Shown: one piece after another, positions 7,323-16,498 of the stretch
Layout: every line of letters begins with the position of its first letter
Numbering within the stretch: the stretch's first letter is position 1
Source: Candidatus Shapirobacteria bacterium
Lineage (GTDB): Bacteria; Patescibacteriota; Microgenomatia; UBA12405
Length of the DNA: 64,000 nt
NCBI GenBank assembly: GCA_018062705.1
Contig: JAGORQ010000004.1
Location: forward strand, 2,345 to 66,344
Direction: 5' to 3'
Position numbers and translations under genes: made by a program
Notes under the pieces: generated by a model
What the model was told of the DNA's origin: nothing
What the model saw: only the letters and a program-made list of their open reading frames with translations
The model's database searches: none

Positions 7323-7853
7323 TCAAATTATTTGATTGTCGTGGAGTAAATCAAAAATTTTAGTGGCTAGAAATGGGGCGGGGAGTTTTTGGGGTAAGTG
7401 TAAAAAAAGATGGAGAGTGGAGGGAGAATAATTGTTTAAATAATGCTGGGTCTGGTAGGCCAGCCAATTGCAATTGTAAGTGCCCATGTTTGAACCAATT
7501 TTGAAAAAATTGGAATCATAAATATCAACTGGCGGGAGATTGAGGTCGAGCAAAATGGGGGCAAACGGTTGAATCGGTTTATCGAGATAATTATTTTTGG
7601 CTTGGGTTTCGATTTTGATTTTGGTTAAGAATTTACCACCGTCGCCGAGACCGAGAACCAATCCACCCTGACCCCCCTTTGACAAGGGGGGAAAGCTTTT
7701 TATATTTTTTTCAAAAAATCTTTTTGGTTGAAAATAGACGAGTTGAAAGTCGGCAGAGTGACTGTTTTTGTCAAAAAGTTTTTCTAATTCCAGGAGGGTG
7801 CGGTGGGATATGTTGGTGCCCCAATGGTTGCTGAAGGCATAAACGAGGATCAC
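7323..7853 (-). CDS. Pyroglutamyl-peptidase I-like (peptidase C15) protein with in-frame GC-rich palindromic insert
   Basis: N-terminal ILVYAFSNHWGT (cf. VLVTGFEPFGG) and C-terminal GTYNCNWLAYQTQHYL (Cys/His region of C15). Confidence 0.45.
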   Translation of the reverse strand: MILVYAFSNHWGTNISHRTLLELEKLFDKNSHSADFQLVYFQPKRFFEKNIKSFPPLSKGGQGGLVLGLGDGGKFLTKIKIETQAKNNYLDKPIQPFAPILLDLNLPPVDIYDSNFFKIGSNMGTYNCNWLAYQTQHYLNNYSPSTLHLFLHLPQKLPAPFLATKIFDLLHDNQII

Positions 7854-7866
7854 AAAATATTATAGT

Positions 7867-8385
7867 TTATTTATTATCAATGGGGTGAAAATTTACCATC
7901 CGTTCACTACCTGAAAATATTGCACTCCTTTGACCAGTTATTGCAGATTCAGTTGCTAGGGTGTTGTATTTTACGTATGTTAAGCCGGCTTTTTCAATAA
8001 CTTTTTGAAGTCCTACCCAACCAGTGCCATCTTCTTTTTCGGAGTCAAGTGCCATATAAGCATTTTGAAAACTTTCAATAGCAGATCGTCTTTCGTTATC
8101 GTCTGTCCAGGTGTGGGAAGGACAAGGGAACTTACTTAAATCTTTGGGTTTATAAATAATTCCTTTTTGTGGATTGTTGTCCCAAATGCATTCTTGGTTA
8201 AGCAAACCGGCAAGTATAGTGTCTGGTATTAGATCTGCTGGGGGGCGCGTAACATAATGGGTTTGACCACAATTAAAATGGTTATAATACCATTCGGTTA
8301 AAATCGCCCTTGGATCTCGTGGTGGAGGGGTGGCTTCTGGTGTGTGTGTGTGTGCTGGCTTGCTATCAAGTAGTGGTGTGGTCAT
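7867..8385 (-). CDS. Hypothetical protein (contains (TG)7 microsatellite near 5' end); flanked by duplicated pcp 5' end
   Basis: 172 aa ORF; 27-nt direct repeats at 7826-7852 and 8417-8443. Confidence 0.4.
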   Translation of the reverse strand: MTTPLLDSKPAHTHTPEATPPPRDPRAILTEWYYNHFNCGQTHYVTRPPADLIPDTILAGLLNQECIWDNNPQKGIIYKPKDLSKFPCPSHTWTDDNERRSAIESFQNAYMALDSEKEDGTGWVGLQKVIEKAGLTYVKYNTLATESAITGQRSAIFSGSERMVNFHPIDNK

Positions 8386-8855
8386 AGTTGAAATATATCA
8401 CTATTTCTTCTTAATTGGTGGCTGAAGGCATAAACGAGGATCATATAATTTAATTTTATAAAAATTGTTTAGTGAGATATAATATCGAATTATGATAAAT
8501 ACAAGACCCAAATACTTTACAGAAAAGGACCGTCTACCTCCAGATGGAATATATTTTCTTAAAGTTGCTAAGGAGGGTAATTTATTTTCTTTAAAAGTAA
8601 TTAATGCGTTTAGAGCTGAGATGGGCGTGATTTTACAGCAGATGGTTTGGTACATGCCAATGATGTAGTTGGGTTAATTGAGAAGGTGGCTGGAACATAT
8701 AGTTTTAACTCAATAGCTGGGTTTTTCCAACCCGAAGACAAACCAAGCCAAGATGAAGATGTTAAGAAGATAGTTTTGTCACTTAGAGAGCGAGGATTGA
8801 CAGTAAAACCGGTTGTTTCAGTAAGAGAAGGTAGTAAAAGAGAACTAAGATAGAA

Positions 8856-8945
8856 TTATTTCTTTTCGATGTTAAAGAGGGAGGATCTGGCGGTTAACGC
8901 GCCGGGGGCGCGGAGGGTGAAGACGTTTTGAAAGTATGGGCTAAG
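8856..8945 (-). pseudogene. Remnant of C-terminal tail of SpoIID/LytB-like gene (..FQNVFTLRAPGALTARSSLFNIEKK*)
   Basis: Minus-strand translation matches the last 26 aa of the 14686..16395 protein; 32-nt identical core ccgggggcgcggagggtgaagacgttttgaaa. Confidence 0.45.
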
Positions 8946-9575
8946 TGTATAATGGAGCATATGATAGTAACGGATACTGCAAATAAGATAACACCTGACA
9001 TACTAACAAGACAGCCGGATGTATTGTTAGCTGGTAATGAAGGGAAAGGAATATTGGGTGAAGGAACCTTGGAAATTCAACGTCACGAGAGACTGTCTGG
9101 GGAACAATTAGTCGATTTATTAAATACGAATCTTGGGGATAGGAGCATCACTCTGTCGAGCGTTGAGGTGTGGCAACCAGGAGTGACAAGTGGAATTTCG
9201 GAAAATATGACAACTACTAACCAAGTTGAGGTACATGAATCTGCCAATCAGTCCAGCAGAGATTTTAGAATTGTCGAAACAAGCCAAGCAGAAATTAAGG
9301 GTATGAACCTATTGCAAGTCGCTCTTTCATTTGAACATTTGGTTATGACAGAGGGAGATTGGACGGTGGATAATCCAGAGGTGGGTGTTAATGCCGCTTG
9401 GGAGCCAAGTAATAATAATGCACATTTATTTTTTCCGATTGATGGTGCAGAGGTGCTGGTAGCAGCTAACGCTGAGGCAGGGACAACCAGTTATTTTATC
9501 GAATGCAAACGGCCTGGTTTACCGAGTAGTGAGAAAATTACTCAATACCATGTCCTTACAGTGAAGAATGATTAA
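8928..9575 (+). CDS. Hypothetical protein (likely true start at ATG about 8964); slightly GC-richer than surroundings
   Basis: 215 aa ORF bounded by repeat copies at 8875-8902 and 9578-9605. Confidence 0.4.
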   Translation: MKVWAKCIMEHMIVTDTANKITPDILTRQPDVLLAGNEGKGILGEGTLEIQRHERLSGEQLVDLLNTNLGDRSITLSSVEVWQPGVTSGISENMTTTNQVEVHESANQSSRDFRIVETSQAEIKGMNLLQVALSFEHLVMTEGDWTVDNPEVGVNAAWEPSNNNAHLFFPIDGAEVLVAANAEAGTTSYFIECKRPGLPSSEKITQYHVLTVKND

Positions 9576-9606
9576 GTTGAAGAGGGAGGGCTTGGCGGTA
9601 ATCTTA

Positions 9607-10728
9607 TTATTTGATAATTGAAGGTTGAGGTAAAGTATAAGGTGGATGATGATATTTTTCGGGTAAATAATCTTCTAGTCGGTTGAACCAAAAACCTTGA
9701 TTGTTATATGAATCTTTCTGGGCGATTGGCATTACTTCTTGCCAATCTTCCCAATAATTATGAAAGACGTTGATATCAAAATCAACGTCATGTCTACTGA
9801 CTGGTCTGTTTTTATTATCGACGACTTCGCGGCCGACAAACGTTCTGGTTAACCCACTAAAAAAATAAAGTAGATCTGTCAATTGAGGATCACGAGGATT
9901 TTCTGGAGACAAGCCAGGGAGGTCAAAGATAATGATGTCTGGTCTAACTTTACCGGTTTCAAACTTGGCGACAATTTCGGCAAAGGCAGAAAATAGGTCT
10001 TGGTCGGGGCGGGCATCACCTGATTCAACATAATATGGCATATTAGATTTGATCATATTGATAAGTTCCTTCTCGTCGGGAATTGAATTGGGATATGATG
10101 TTTCGATAATTTTTCGATAGTTATTGACACCCCAGGCGTCATGCGGTTCAAAACCAACAACTTGACAATGTCCGTATTTTTCCATGGCGGTATAAAAGAT
10201 TGATTTGCCAGAACAGGAAATGCCCGAAGCAGTAGCAAAAGTGGTGTGGTGATAGAACTGATCAGGTGAAGGACTGTACTGGGCAACCATATCATCAATG
10301 GAAAGGTCTGGGTTGGAACAAACTATTGAAGCAACTAGAGGTGGGAGCTTGCAAATTCTTACAGCAACTGAGAGTCGTTCACAAAAATCTACTGAAAGAT
10401 TTTGGGCTTCGGGTAATAACGCCTTGGATAATAATTCTTTGGCAGTATTGGTATCCTGACTCCAGCCTGGTATTTCTAAGTCTAAAACTCTGTCTTTGTC
10501 GTCATATGTAATTGGAAGTAATAGTTCATGACCACTGAGACTGACTTTGATAAAAGTAGTATGGATTCTCCCAAACTGTCTGAGGAACTCATCATCTGGT
10601 TCTGGTGGCTCTGACCAAAAATTCATCTGTACACCCCGGGGGAACTTTTTTAACTCTTCTATTTGGGCATTTTGGTCAACTACAAAAACCTGCATCGGAG
10701 CATGATCAACTTGGGTTGCTGTACTCAT
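9607..10728 (-). CDS. P-loop NTPase, deoxynucleoside-kinase-like C-terminal domain with about 150 aa N-terminal extension
   Basis: Walker A ASGISCSGKS followed by QVVGFEPHDAWGV (cf. dNK ..VxPEPVxxW); 373 aa. Confidence 0.4.
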   Translation of the reverse strand: MSTATQVDHAPMQVFVVDQNAQIEELKKFPRGVQMNFWSEPPEPDDEFLRQFGRIHTTFIKVSLSGHELLLPITYDDKDRVLDLEIPGWSQDTNTAKELLSKALLPEAQNLSVDFCERLSVAVRICKLPPLVASIVCSNPDLSIDDMVAQYSPSPDQFYHHTTFATASGISCSGKSIFYTAMEKYGHCQVVGFEPHDAWGVNNYRKIIETSYPNSIPDEKELINMIKSNMPYYVESGDARPDQDLFSAFAEIVAKFETGKVRPDIIIFDLPGLSPENPRDPQLTDLLYFFSGLTRTFVGREVVDNKNRPVSRHDVDFDINVFHNYWEDWQEVMPIAQKDSYNNQGFWFNRLEDYLPEKYHHPPYTLPQPSIIK

Positions 10729-11678
10729 CGAATGGTTAATTGATAGCCGACTTTGGTGAGTGATTTAATTCGATATTTTTTTAGTTTGACACTGAGACGC
10801 ATCATGGTTTTCTTAATCGCCTGATCGGAAAAACTATCATAACTGTTGGTACCCCATTTAATTTCGGCGATTTTTTCTTTGGTTATTTGACCATTTTTTA
10901 TTATTTCGGAGATTATTTGAGATTCAATTACTGAAACTTTTTTGCCAAAACTTTGATCATTTTCTGTGATTGACATGTCGGGAGAAACGAAAATATTTAT
11001 AGACAAATTGGTATGCGTAGATTTAATTAATTTAGAAATAAGTGGACTAGTAAATTGACCTGATTTTTTGATACCAAACTTTTCAAGTTCATCATCAGTA
11101 CACCTGTTTATGACCTGAATAGTAGAGCTAAGAAGAGTATTGATGTTTGATTGAGAATCTAGGGAGAGACATTTAATTAGTTTGGCAAGTCCAGCAGATT
11201 CGGAAGTTATTTTGTCTAACTGGGACGACGTTAGTTTGGGGTTGATTTCCAAGGCCATTGCTTTGGCATCTTCGAAGCTGTGAACAGGAAAAAACTCGGT
11301 CTGATAAATTCTTTCCACAAATGAACTCTGAGTGGCAAATTGACTACGAAGCCATGAGGGGTCGTCGACCAGAACAACAAATTTTTGATCAGGTAAGGAG
11401 GTTAAAAAAAGCTTGTCAACAAACCGGTAACTTTCAGGATTTTTTAGTAAATCCATGTTCACAATATTTTGTCTTTTTAATACTGGTAATGTATCTTCGT
11501 CGGTTATATAGGATACTTGGTTAGAGTTTTCTTGCTGGTATGTTTTTAGATAATGAGAAATGCCGACACCAGGCATAAAAACAATCATTAAGTTGTAGTT
11601 GTTTGTAAGGGCCGACTTGAGCCAGGTTTTTAGTTGGGAATAGGCAAGCCTGTTTTCGAGCATAAGTAAATATACCAT
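10725..11678 (-). CDS. Putative transcriptional regulator with C-terminal OmpR/PhoB-type winged helix
   Basis: C-terminal ..IAEIKWGTNSYDSFSDQAIKKTMMRLSVKLKKYRIKSLTKVGYQL resembles trans_reg_C; 4-nt overlap with downstream P-loop gene. Confidence 0.4.
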   Translation of the reverse strand: MVYLLMLENRLAYSQLKTWLKSALTNNYNLMIVFMPGVGISHYLKTYQQENSNQVSYITDEDTLPVLKRQNIVNMDLLKNPESYRFVDKLFLTSLPDQKFVVLVDDPSWLRSQFATQSSFVERIYQTEFFPVHSFEDAKAMALEINPKLTSSQLDKITSESAGLAKLIKCLSLDSQSNINTLLSSTIQVINRCTDDELEKFGIKKSGQFTSPLISKLIKSTHTNLSINIFVSPDMSITENDQSFGKKVSVIESQIISEIIKNGQITKEKIAEIKWGTNSYDSFSDQAIKKTMMRLSVKLKKYRIKSLTKVGYQLTIR

Positions 11679-11850
11679 GTCCCTAATTGTCCCCTATTTT
11701 GTCACCAAAAAAGTCATGAATATATTTATCTATTATAAGATAATAAGACTAACTTAAATGGATTAATCCAATAAGCCACTCCAAAAGTCTTCGGAGGGGA
11801 AAAACTCACCAAGGCGGTGAACCATTTCCTAATGTTCTTTAAAAATCAGT

Positions 11851-12210
11851 GTGTTAGAGGAGAAAAAAATGAAAGCGAATTTGAAAGTTTTTGTCCGCAA
11901 GAACAGAACCGTTATTGTTCTGATTGTTGTTTTTTTGGCTCTGATTGTGTTGCCGAATGTCGAAGTGGCAAAACTTCAGTTTATTGAAAATCAGGATCCT
12001 TGTCTATCTTGGGCATGGGGAAGACCATACTACAGCGATGTCCACTGGTATTGGGACTGGTTTCATTCTTATGACGAATATGGGCAATGTGGCCAGTCTA
12101 AAATTGAGGCTTGGATCCATATTGAACAGGTTGGGGACATTATTCCTATTTTGAATTTGAGACCCTATGGGGATAGAGCAAAATGGGAACTGATTTTTTT
12201 CCACCGATAA
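11851..12210 (+). CDS. Small secreted/membrane-anchored Trp- and Cys-rich hypothetical protein
   Basis: N-terminal hydrophobic segment VIVLIVVFLALIVL; 119 aa. Confidence 0.4.
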   Translation: MLEEKKMKANLKVFVRKNRTVIVLIVVFLALIVLPNVEVAKLQFIENQDPCLSWAWGRPYYSDVHWYWDWFHSYDEYGQCGQSKIEAWIHIEQVGDIIPILNLRPYGDRAKWELIFFHR

Positions 12211-12236
12211 CACACTGGCCACCAGCATATCTGATT

Positions 12237-12262
12237 TTGGAGAAGGGCTATGCCCTTCTCCG
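12237..12262 (+). terminator. Rho-independent terminator
   Basis: GAGAAGGGC-tat-GCCCTTCTC perfect hairpin followed by T-rich run. Confidence 0.55.
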
Positions 12263-12319
12263 ACTTTGGATGTGACTGGTGGATTTTTTTAACAATTATT
12301 AATTATTAATTTTATAAAT

Positions 12320-12880
12320 ATGATTAACAAAAATAAGTTAGTGTTGGCGACAGTTTCGGCAATTAGTACCGTAGCTTTGGGTGTTGGAATAAACATTTTG
12401 TATAGAAATAGTGTTAACTTGGATGACCAAACAGTAACACCAATAAAAGAAACCGGGTCTTTGCCTACAGATACTCCAACAGAAACTCCAATCGCGAGAG
12501 CAACACAAACACGAGCGATATACAGCCCGACTCCGGAAATAGAAATGGAAAATGTCGGGGTATTATCGACTGAATATTTTGAATTGGAATTTTATGATAC
12601 TTTTCCTAGTTGTAACTGGAAAGGAGTGTGCGGATTACAGAATGAATTTTATTCAGGTGAAGTTAATAAAATTGGAGGGTATTTGGACAATCCCAAGTTT
12701 AAATTTGATGAAAACGGTGGGATGGTAACAATTGGAGATGCTGATTATGAAGTAACTTGGGAAAATGGAATTCCAAAATATGTGATTGTGAGAGATAAAA
12801 CCGATAATAACAAGAGTTATGTAGCGATGTTGCAAGTACCTCTGGATGTGAAAGTTACTATTCCCGGATCAAATCCGTAA
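12320..12880 (+). CDS. Secreted hypothetical protein
   Basis: Signal-peptide-like N-terminus KLVLATVSAISTVALGVGI; 186 aa. Confidence 0.45.
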   Translation: MINKNKLVLATVSAISTVALGVGINILYRNSVNLDDQTVTPIKETGSLPTDTPTETPIARATQTRAIYSPTPEIEMENVGVLSTEYFELEFYDTFPSCNWKGVCGLQNEFYSGEVNKIGGYLDNPKFKFDENGGMVTIGDADYEVTWENGIPKYVIVRDKTDNNKSYVAMLQVPLDVKVTIPGSNP

Positions 12881-12904
12881 ATTTTAATTATTTATTTTAA
12901 TAAT

Positions 12905-13405
12905 ATGGATAAATTACCAGTCAGAATTACAAACGATGAGATGACCCAAAGAATGGGTGAGTTTGGAAATTCGGATGCTTTTATGTTCTCGCTGATGGCT
13001 AAATTTGCCAACGAAAAAGATGGCCAATACCCACATGCCTTTAATATGGTGTTTGCTCAAAGGGCCCCTGAACTCAGAGAAGGTACAGTAACCGGATCAG
13101 AAACACAAAACTTTGTAATTGTGGCGACAGTGCCAAATCAAAAAGAAGCAGTAATTATGTCAAGAAAGGGAATTTTGCTGGTAAATAAAGTGGTATCGGA
13201 TGATTATTTTTATAAACACTTGGCTGTTAATGTGGATTGGTTGATGGAGAATGCCAATTGGAAAAACGACATACCAGCGAATAAGATGCTCTATGGTGTT
13301 GGATTAGGTGACTGCAGGGCAATAAACCCAAACAAACTAGAAGGACCAATTTACGATAAAGCTAGTGAGGTTATTAAAATGAGTGAAGAGTATTGGAAAA
13401 AATAA
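12905..13405 (+). CDS. Hypothetical protein
   Basis: 166 aa ORF, tightly spaced in same-strand cluster. Confidence 0.45.
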   Translation: MDKLPVRITNDEMTQRMGEFGNSDAFMFSLMAKFANEKDGQYPHAFNMVFAQRAPELREGTVTGSETQNFVIVATVPNQKEAVIMSRKGILLVNKVVSDDYFYKHLAVNVDWLMENANWKNDIPANKMLYGVGLGDCRAINPNKLEGPIYDKASEVIKMSEEYWKK

Positions 13406-13408
13406 AAT

Positions 13409-13750
13409 ATGACTAATAAACTGGAAATAACAATACGGCCATTTGAAATAAAACAACTTCCCACAGTTCGGGAGTGGATTGAGGCGAAAATAGATTCTCT
13501 AGATAAATCTAACGTTCGTGAGGCAACAATTGAACTGCTGAAAATTGGAATGGGATGGGTGGCAGTAGATAATGACTTTGTAGTTGATCAAAATATACCA
13601 TCGTTCAAGAAAGACGAGATGAGAGAGCTGTGGACAGGGATTAATCGGATTGGAGAAGTGGACAATGAAATTGAGACTGAATTAAGGACTTTATTGTGTG
13701 GAAGCAGGAGAATAGATGAATTTAATAAAAAAGCATTGGCGACTTTTTAA
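13409..13750 (+). CDS. Hypothetical protein
   Basis: 113 aa ORF 3 nt after previous stop. Confidence 0.4.
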   Translation: MTNKLEITIRPFEIKQLPTVREWIEAKIDSLDKSNVREATIELLKIGMGWVAVDNDFVVDQNIPSFKKDEMRELWTGINRIGEVDNEIETELRTLLCGSRRIDEFNKKALATF

Positions 13751-14290
13751 TTACCAAGGATAACTAGCTGGTACTGGAGGTGTATCTTGGACAATAGGTG
13801 GTGCATTCTCGGATTGCTTCTTTAGTTCTTTGAGTAGGACAGCGACCAGATCGGCAGAGTGGTCGGCGAGACTAACACTTGGAGTGGTCTCTTCCTGTCG
13901 AGTGAGAGCAGAATCAACTAGTTTGGCCGGCTTGATAAAAAATTCGGCGTTGGCAGTACGATAGCCACAAATTTTACCAGGATTGTCCACATCTGGGATA
14001 TGAGAATCACCTATTTTTCCGTCATAAAAATTTTTGGTCAAATCAGAAAGTTGTTCGGCAGAGACGGGCTCATTTGAAATAATGACAGCGACTGATGGCT
14101 GGTCATGTACAATTAACTCAATGAGACTGATTGAAGGATGAGAAAATTTGGTAGGATCGAGGTTGTTTTGGATACCATCAGGTAGAGGTTGGTTTTCATG
14201 AATTGGACGAAATTGAATTGGACGGCCAACCATGTCAACGATTTTTTGTAGTTCTGCATGTGTTTCTAAATAGTTTGAAGTTGTTTTCAT
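13751..14290 (-). CDS. Hypothetical protein
   Basis: 179 aa ORF convergent with cluster. Confidence 0.4.
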   Translation of the reverse strand: MKTTSNYLETHAELQKIVDMVGRPIQFRPIHENQPLPDGIQNNLDPTKFSHPSISLIELIVHDQPSVAVIISNEPVSAEQLSDLTKNFYDGKIGDSHIPDVDNPGKICGYRTANAEFFIKPAKLVDSALTRQEETTPSVSLADHSADLVAVLLKELKKQSENAPPIVQDTPPVPASYPW

Positions 14291-14342
14291 ATTAATTAGT
14301 TATAGCGTATTTTGTCTTAAATTGTTAGACCCCTTGATTTTC

Positions 14343-14669
14343 TTAAGTTAAGATAAAATAAAAAGCAAAAATGACTAAAATAAGTGGCCAATATTTTAGA
14401 TCGAGAAAAAATAAAGTATGCTTTTGGCGGAGAGTAAATTCTTTACCGGTGGCTTTGTCGATTAATTTTCTACCAGGATTATTTTTTAGTTTCTGGGATA
14501 AGAAGTAAATAAAAACAGCACTAACAATAATGACAATGAACTGAAGGGTAGAGTGATTGGTGTAATAACCCGGCTGATTTAATAATGAATCGGTGAGATA
14601 TTGGGTAATTAAGGCCAAAAAGAATGGGATGACCAGACCTAAAAATCCGAGTCCTGACCAGATAATCAT
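14343..14669 (-). CDS. Membrane hypothetical protein
   Basis: 108 aa, three TM-like segments. Confidence 0.4.
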   Translation of the reverse strand: MIIWSGLGFLGLVIPFFLALITQYLTDSLLNQPGYYTNHSTLQFIVIIVSAVFIYFLSQKLKNNPGRKLIDKATGKEFTLRQKHTLFFLDLKYWPLILVIFAFYFILT

Positions 14670-14685
14670 AGGTTATGATAGCAGA

Positions 14686-16395
14686 TTATTTTTTTTCGAT
14701 ATTAAATAAACTAGATTTTGCGGTGAGGGCACCGGGGGCGCGGAGGGTGAAGACGTTTTGAAAATCGGCACCAGAAAAATTAAAATCGCCTTTGTCGGTG
14801 CTAACCCGAACCGATTGGGTAAAACCTGAAGTCGAATAATCAACATTAATCGAATTGATGATAGAAACAGGACCACCTTTGTCCCCTACTTGACGACGTA
14901 ATTCATCACGAGACCAGGCGTTACCATCACAGGAACCAATACAGTTGCTGACTTGTGACAAGTGACTGCGGTCGTGAGTTTTCGAGTCGTAAAGTACGGC
15001 GTTGATAATATCGGCAAATTCGTCATTGGTGAGCCAGGGGTGGGAACGACCATAAGCGGAGCCAGTGCGACTTTTGTACCAGCCTTTGTAATACCAGGGA
15101 GAGCCGGCCTGTTTTTCATAAGAGTTGGTTGGCCAACAGCCTTGGTTGCCACAGGCGGTGTCCCAAATTTGAGGAGTGTTGTGATCACCACTGCTATAAC
15201 CGATGATTGAACCACCGGAGGTGGAGGCGTACATGGTTGAAAATATTTTGTTTGTTTTATTACTTTTTATTACCATACCTCTGGTGTCCTCAACAGCTTG
15301 TTTCCAACGACCAGGAGAGGATAGGCGCGACTTGCTGTAAACTTGGCAAGCTTCAGTAACACAGATGGTACCGGCGAGATTAGATGTGGAATTGAGAGCG
15401 TAGGTGCGGGCGGCGATGGCCTGGGCCTTGAGGGCTTCGTAACCACCATCATCACCCCAACGGGCGGGCATTTCAGCGATACCGACGAGATAATTGTCCT
15501 CAAAGGGTAGGGTGCCAACAGTGGTTTTGATAGAGCCGTTGGTGTCGATTTTGTCGATACGAATATCACCGTAATAGGCTTTGAGGATGGCTTCGTAGTT
15601 TTGGCCGGCTTTGGCGCGACCCAGCGCACCATATTGACTCATGCCTTTGCGATGGGGAGCGCCAAAAGAAAAAACGGCGAAGGCAGGAGAGAAACCGGGG
15701 TTGTAGTCAGCTCGGGAGGCAGGGTCGTCTGAAGATGAGACATCACCGACACTAGTGTTGAACATGGCGGTTTTTTCGGAAATTAAGGCTTGTTGTTTTT
15801 TGGTTAATTCAGCTTTGTAGGTTTCGGCTTTTTTGATTTCGCCAGCCAAAAATCCAAAACGAGTTTCCAAGGATTTTTTGAGCGAGGCTAACTTGACTTT
15901 TTGGGCCTCAAGCAAGGCTTTGTTGGTAGTTAAACTATTAATTTCACCGGTAAAATTGACAATAGTGTTGCGATCTTGATTGATAATGGCCTGATACCAA
16001 GTGTATTGTTGAAGAAGTGAGGAACTCTCACCATTATTAGTAAAAAAAATTAGGAGTGGATTAAATTTTTTGGTATTAATGTAATAACGACGAGCGCGTT
16101 CCCCGAGAAGAACTTGTTGAACTTCGAGGTCGGATTGTTTATCTAGAATATTGTTGCCCAGAGTAACAATTTGATTTTCGGTGGAAGTGATTTGGTTTTT
16201 GGCTGAAGATATTTTACTTGATAGACCGGTGGATTCTTTTTTGAGGGGATTGATGGAGTTTTCGAGATCAGAAATTTGTTTGGTAATGGTGGCGATGTCG
16301 TCGTCGATGGAAGCGGCGAAAATGGGAGAAACTAGAAACTGGATTCTAGAAACTAGAATAAGACAAAGAAATAAAAATAGGGACTTTTTGAGCAC
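14686..16395 (-). CDS. Secreted coiled-coil protein with SpoIID/LytB domain (peptidoglycan hydrolase-related)
   Basis: Signal peptide, long coiled-coil N-terminal half, then APHRKGMSQYGALGRAKAGQNYEAILKAYYGD (SpoIID/LytB signature). Confidence 0.65.
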   Translation of the reverse strand: MLKKSLFLFLCLILVSRIQFLVSPIFAASIDDDIATITKQISDLENSINPLKKESTGLSSKISSAKNQITSTENQIVTLGNNILDKQSDLEVQQVLLGERARRYYINTKKFNPLLIFFTNNGESSSLLQQYTWYQAIINQDRNTIVNFTGEINSLTTNKALLEAQKVKLASLKKSLETRFGFLAGEIKKAETYKAELTKKQQALISEKTAMFNTSVGDVSSSDDPASRADYNPGFSPAFAVFSFGAPHRKGMSQYGALGRAKAGQNYEAILKAYYGDIRIDKIDTNGSIKTTVGTLPFEDNYLVGIAEMPARWGDDGGYEALKAQAIAARTYALNSTSNLAGTICVTEACQVYSKSRLSSPGRWKQAVEDTRGMVIKSNKTNKIFSTMYASTSGGSIIGYSSGDHNTPQIWDTACGNQGCWPTNSYEKQAGSPWYYKGWYKSRTGSAYGRSHPWLTNDEFADIINAVLYDSKTHDRSHLSQVSNCIGSCDGNAWSRDELRRQVGDKGGPVSIINSINVDYSTSGFTQSVRVSTDKGDFNFSGADFQNVFTLRAPGALTAKSSLFNIEKK

Positions 16396-16498
16396 ATTTT
16401 AATTGTAACAGAACCAGCCTACACCCTTTGGGCTACGGAACGGTAAACTATCGATAAAATATGGATTAATATGTGGAAAAATGATGATATAATTAGCC

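Noticed and set aside
8928-9575. Calling the 8928-9575 gene horizontally acquired on GC content alone
   Set aside because: GC elevation is modest and not quantified here; the insertion inference rests on the flanking repeats
11700-11850. Possible riboswitch/leader RNA upstream of 11851 (GCCACTCC...GGAGGGG...GGCGGTGAA)
   Set aside because: Could not match any known riboswitch consensus by eye; too speculative to list
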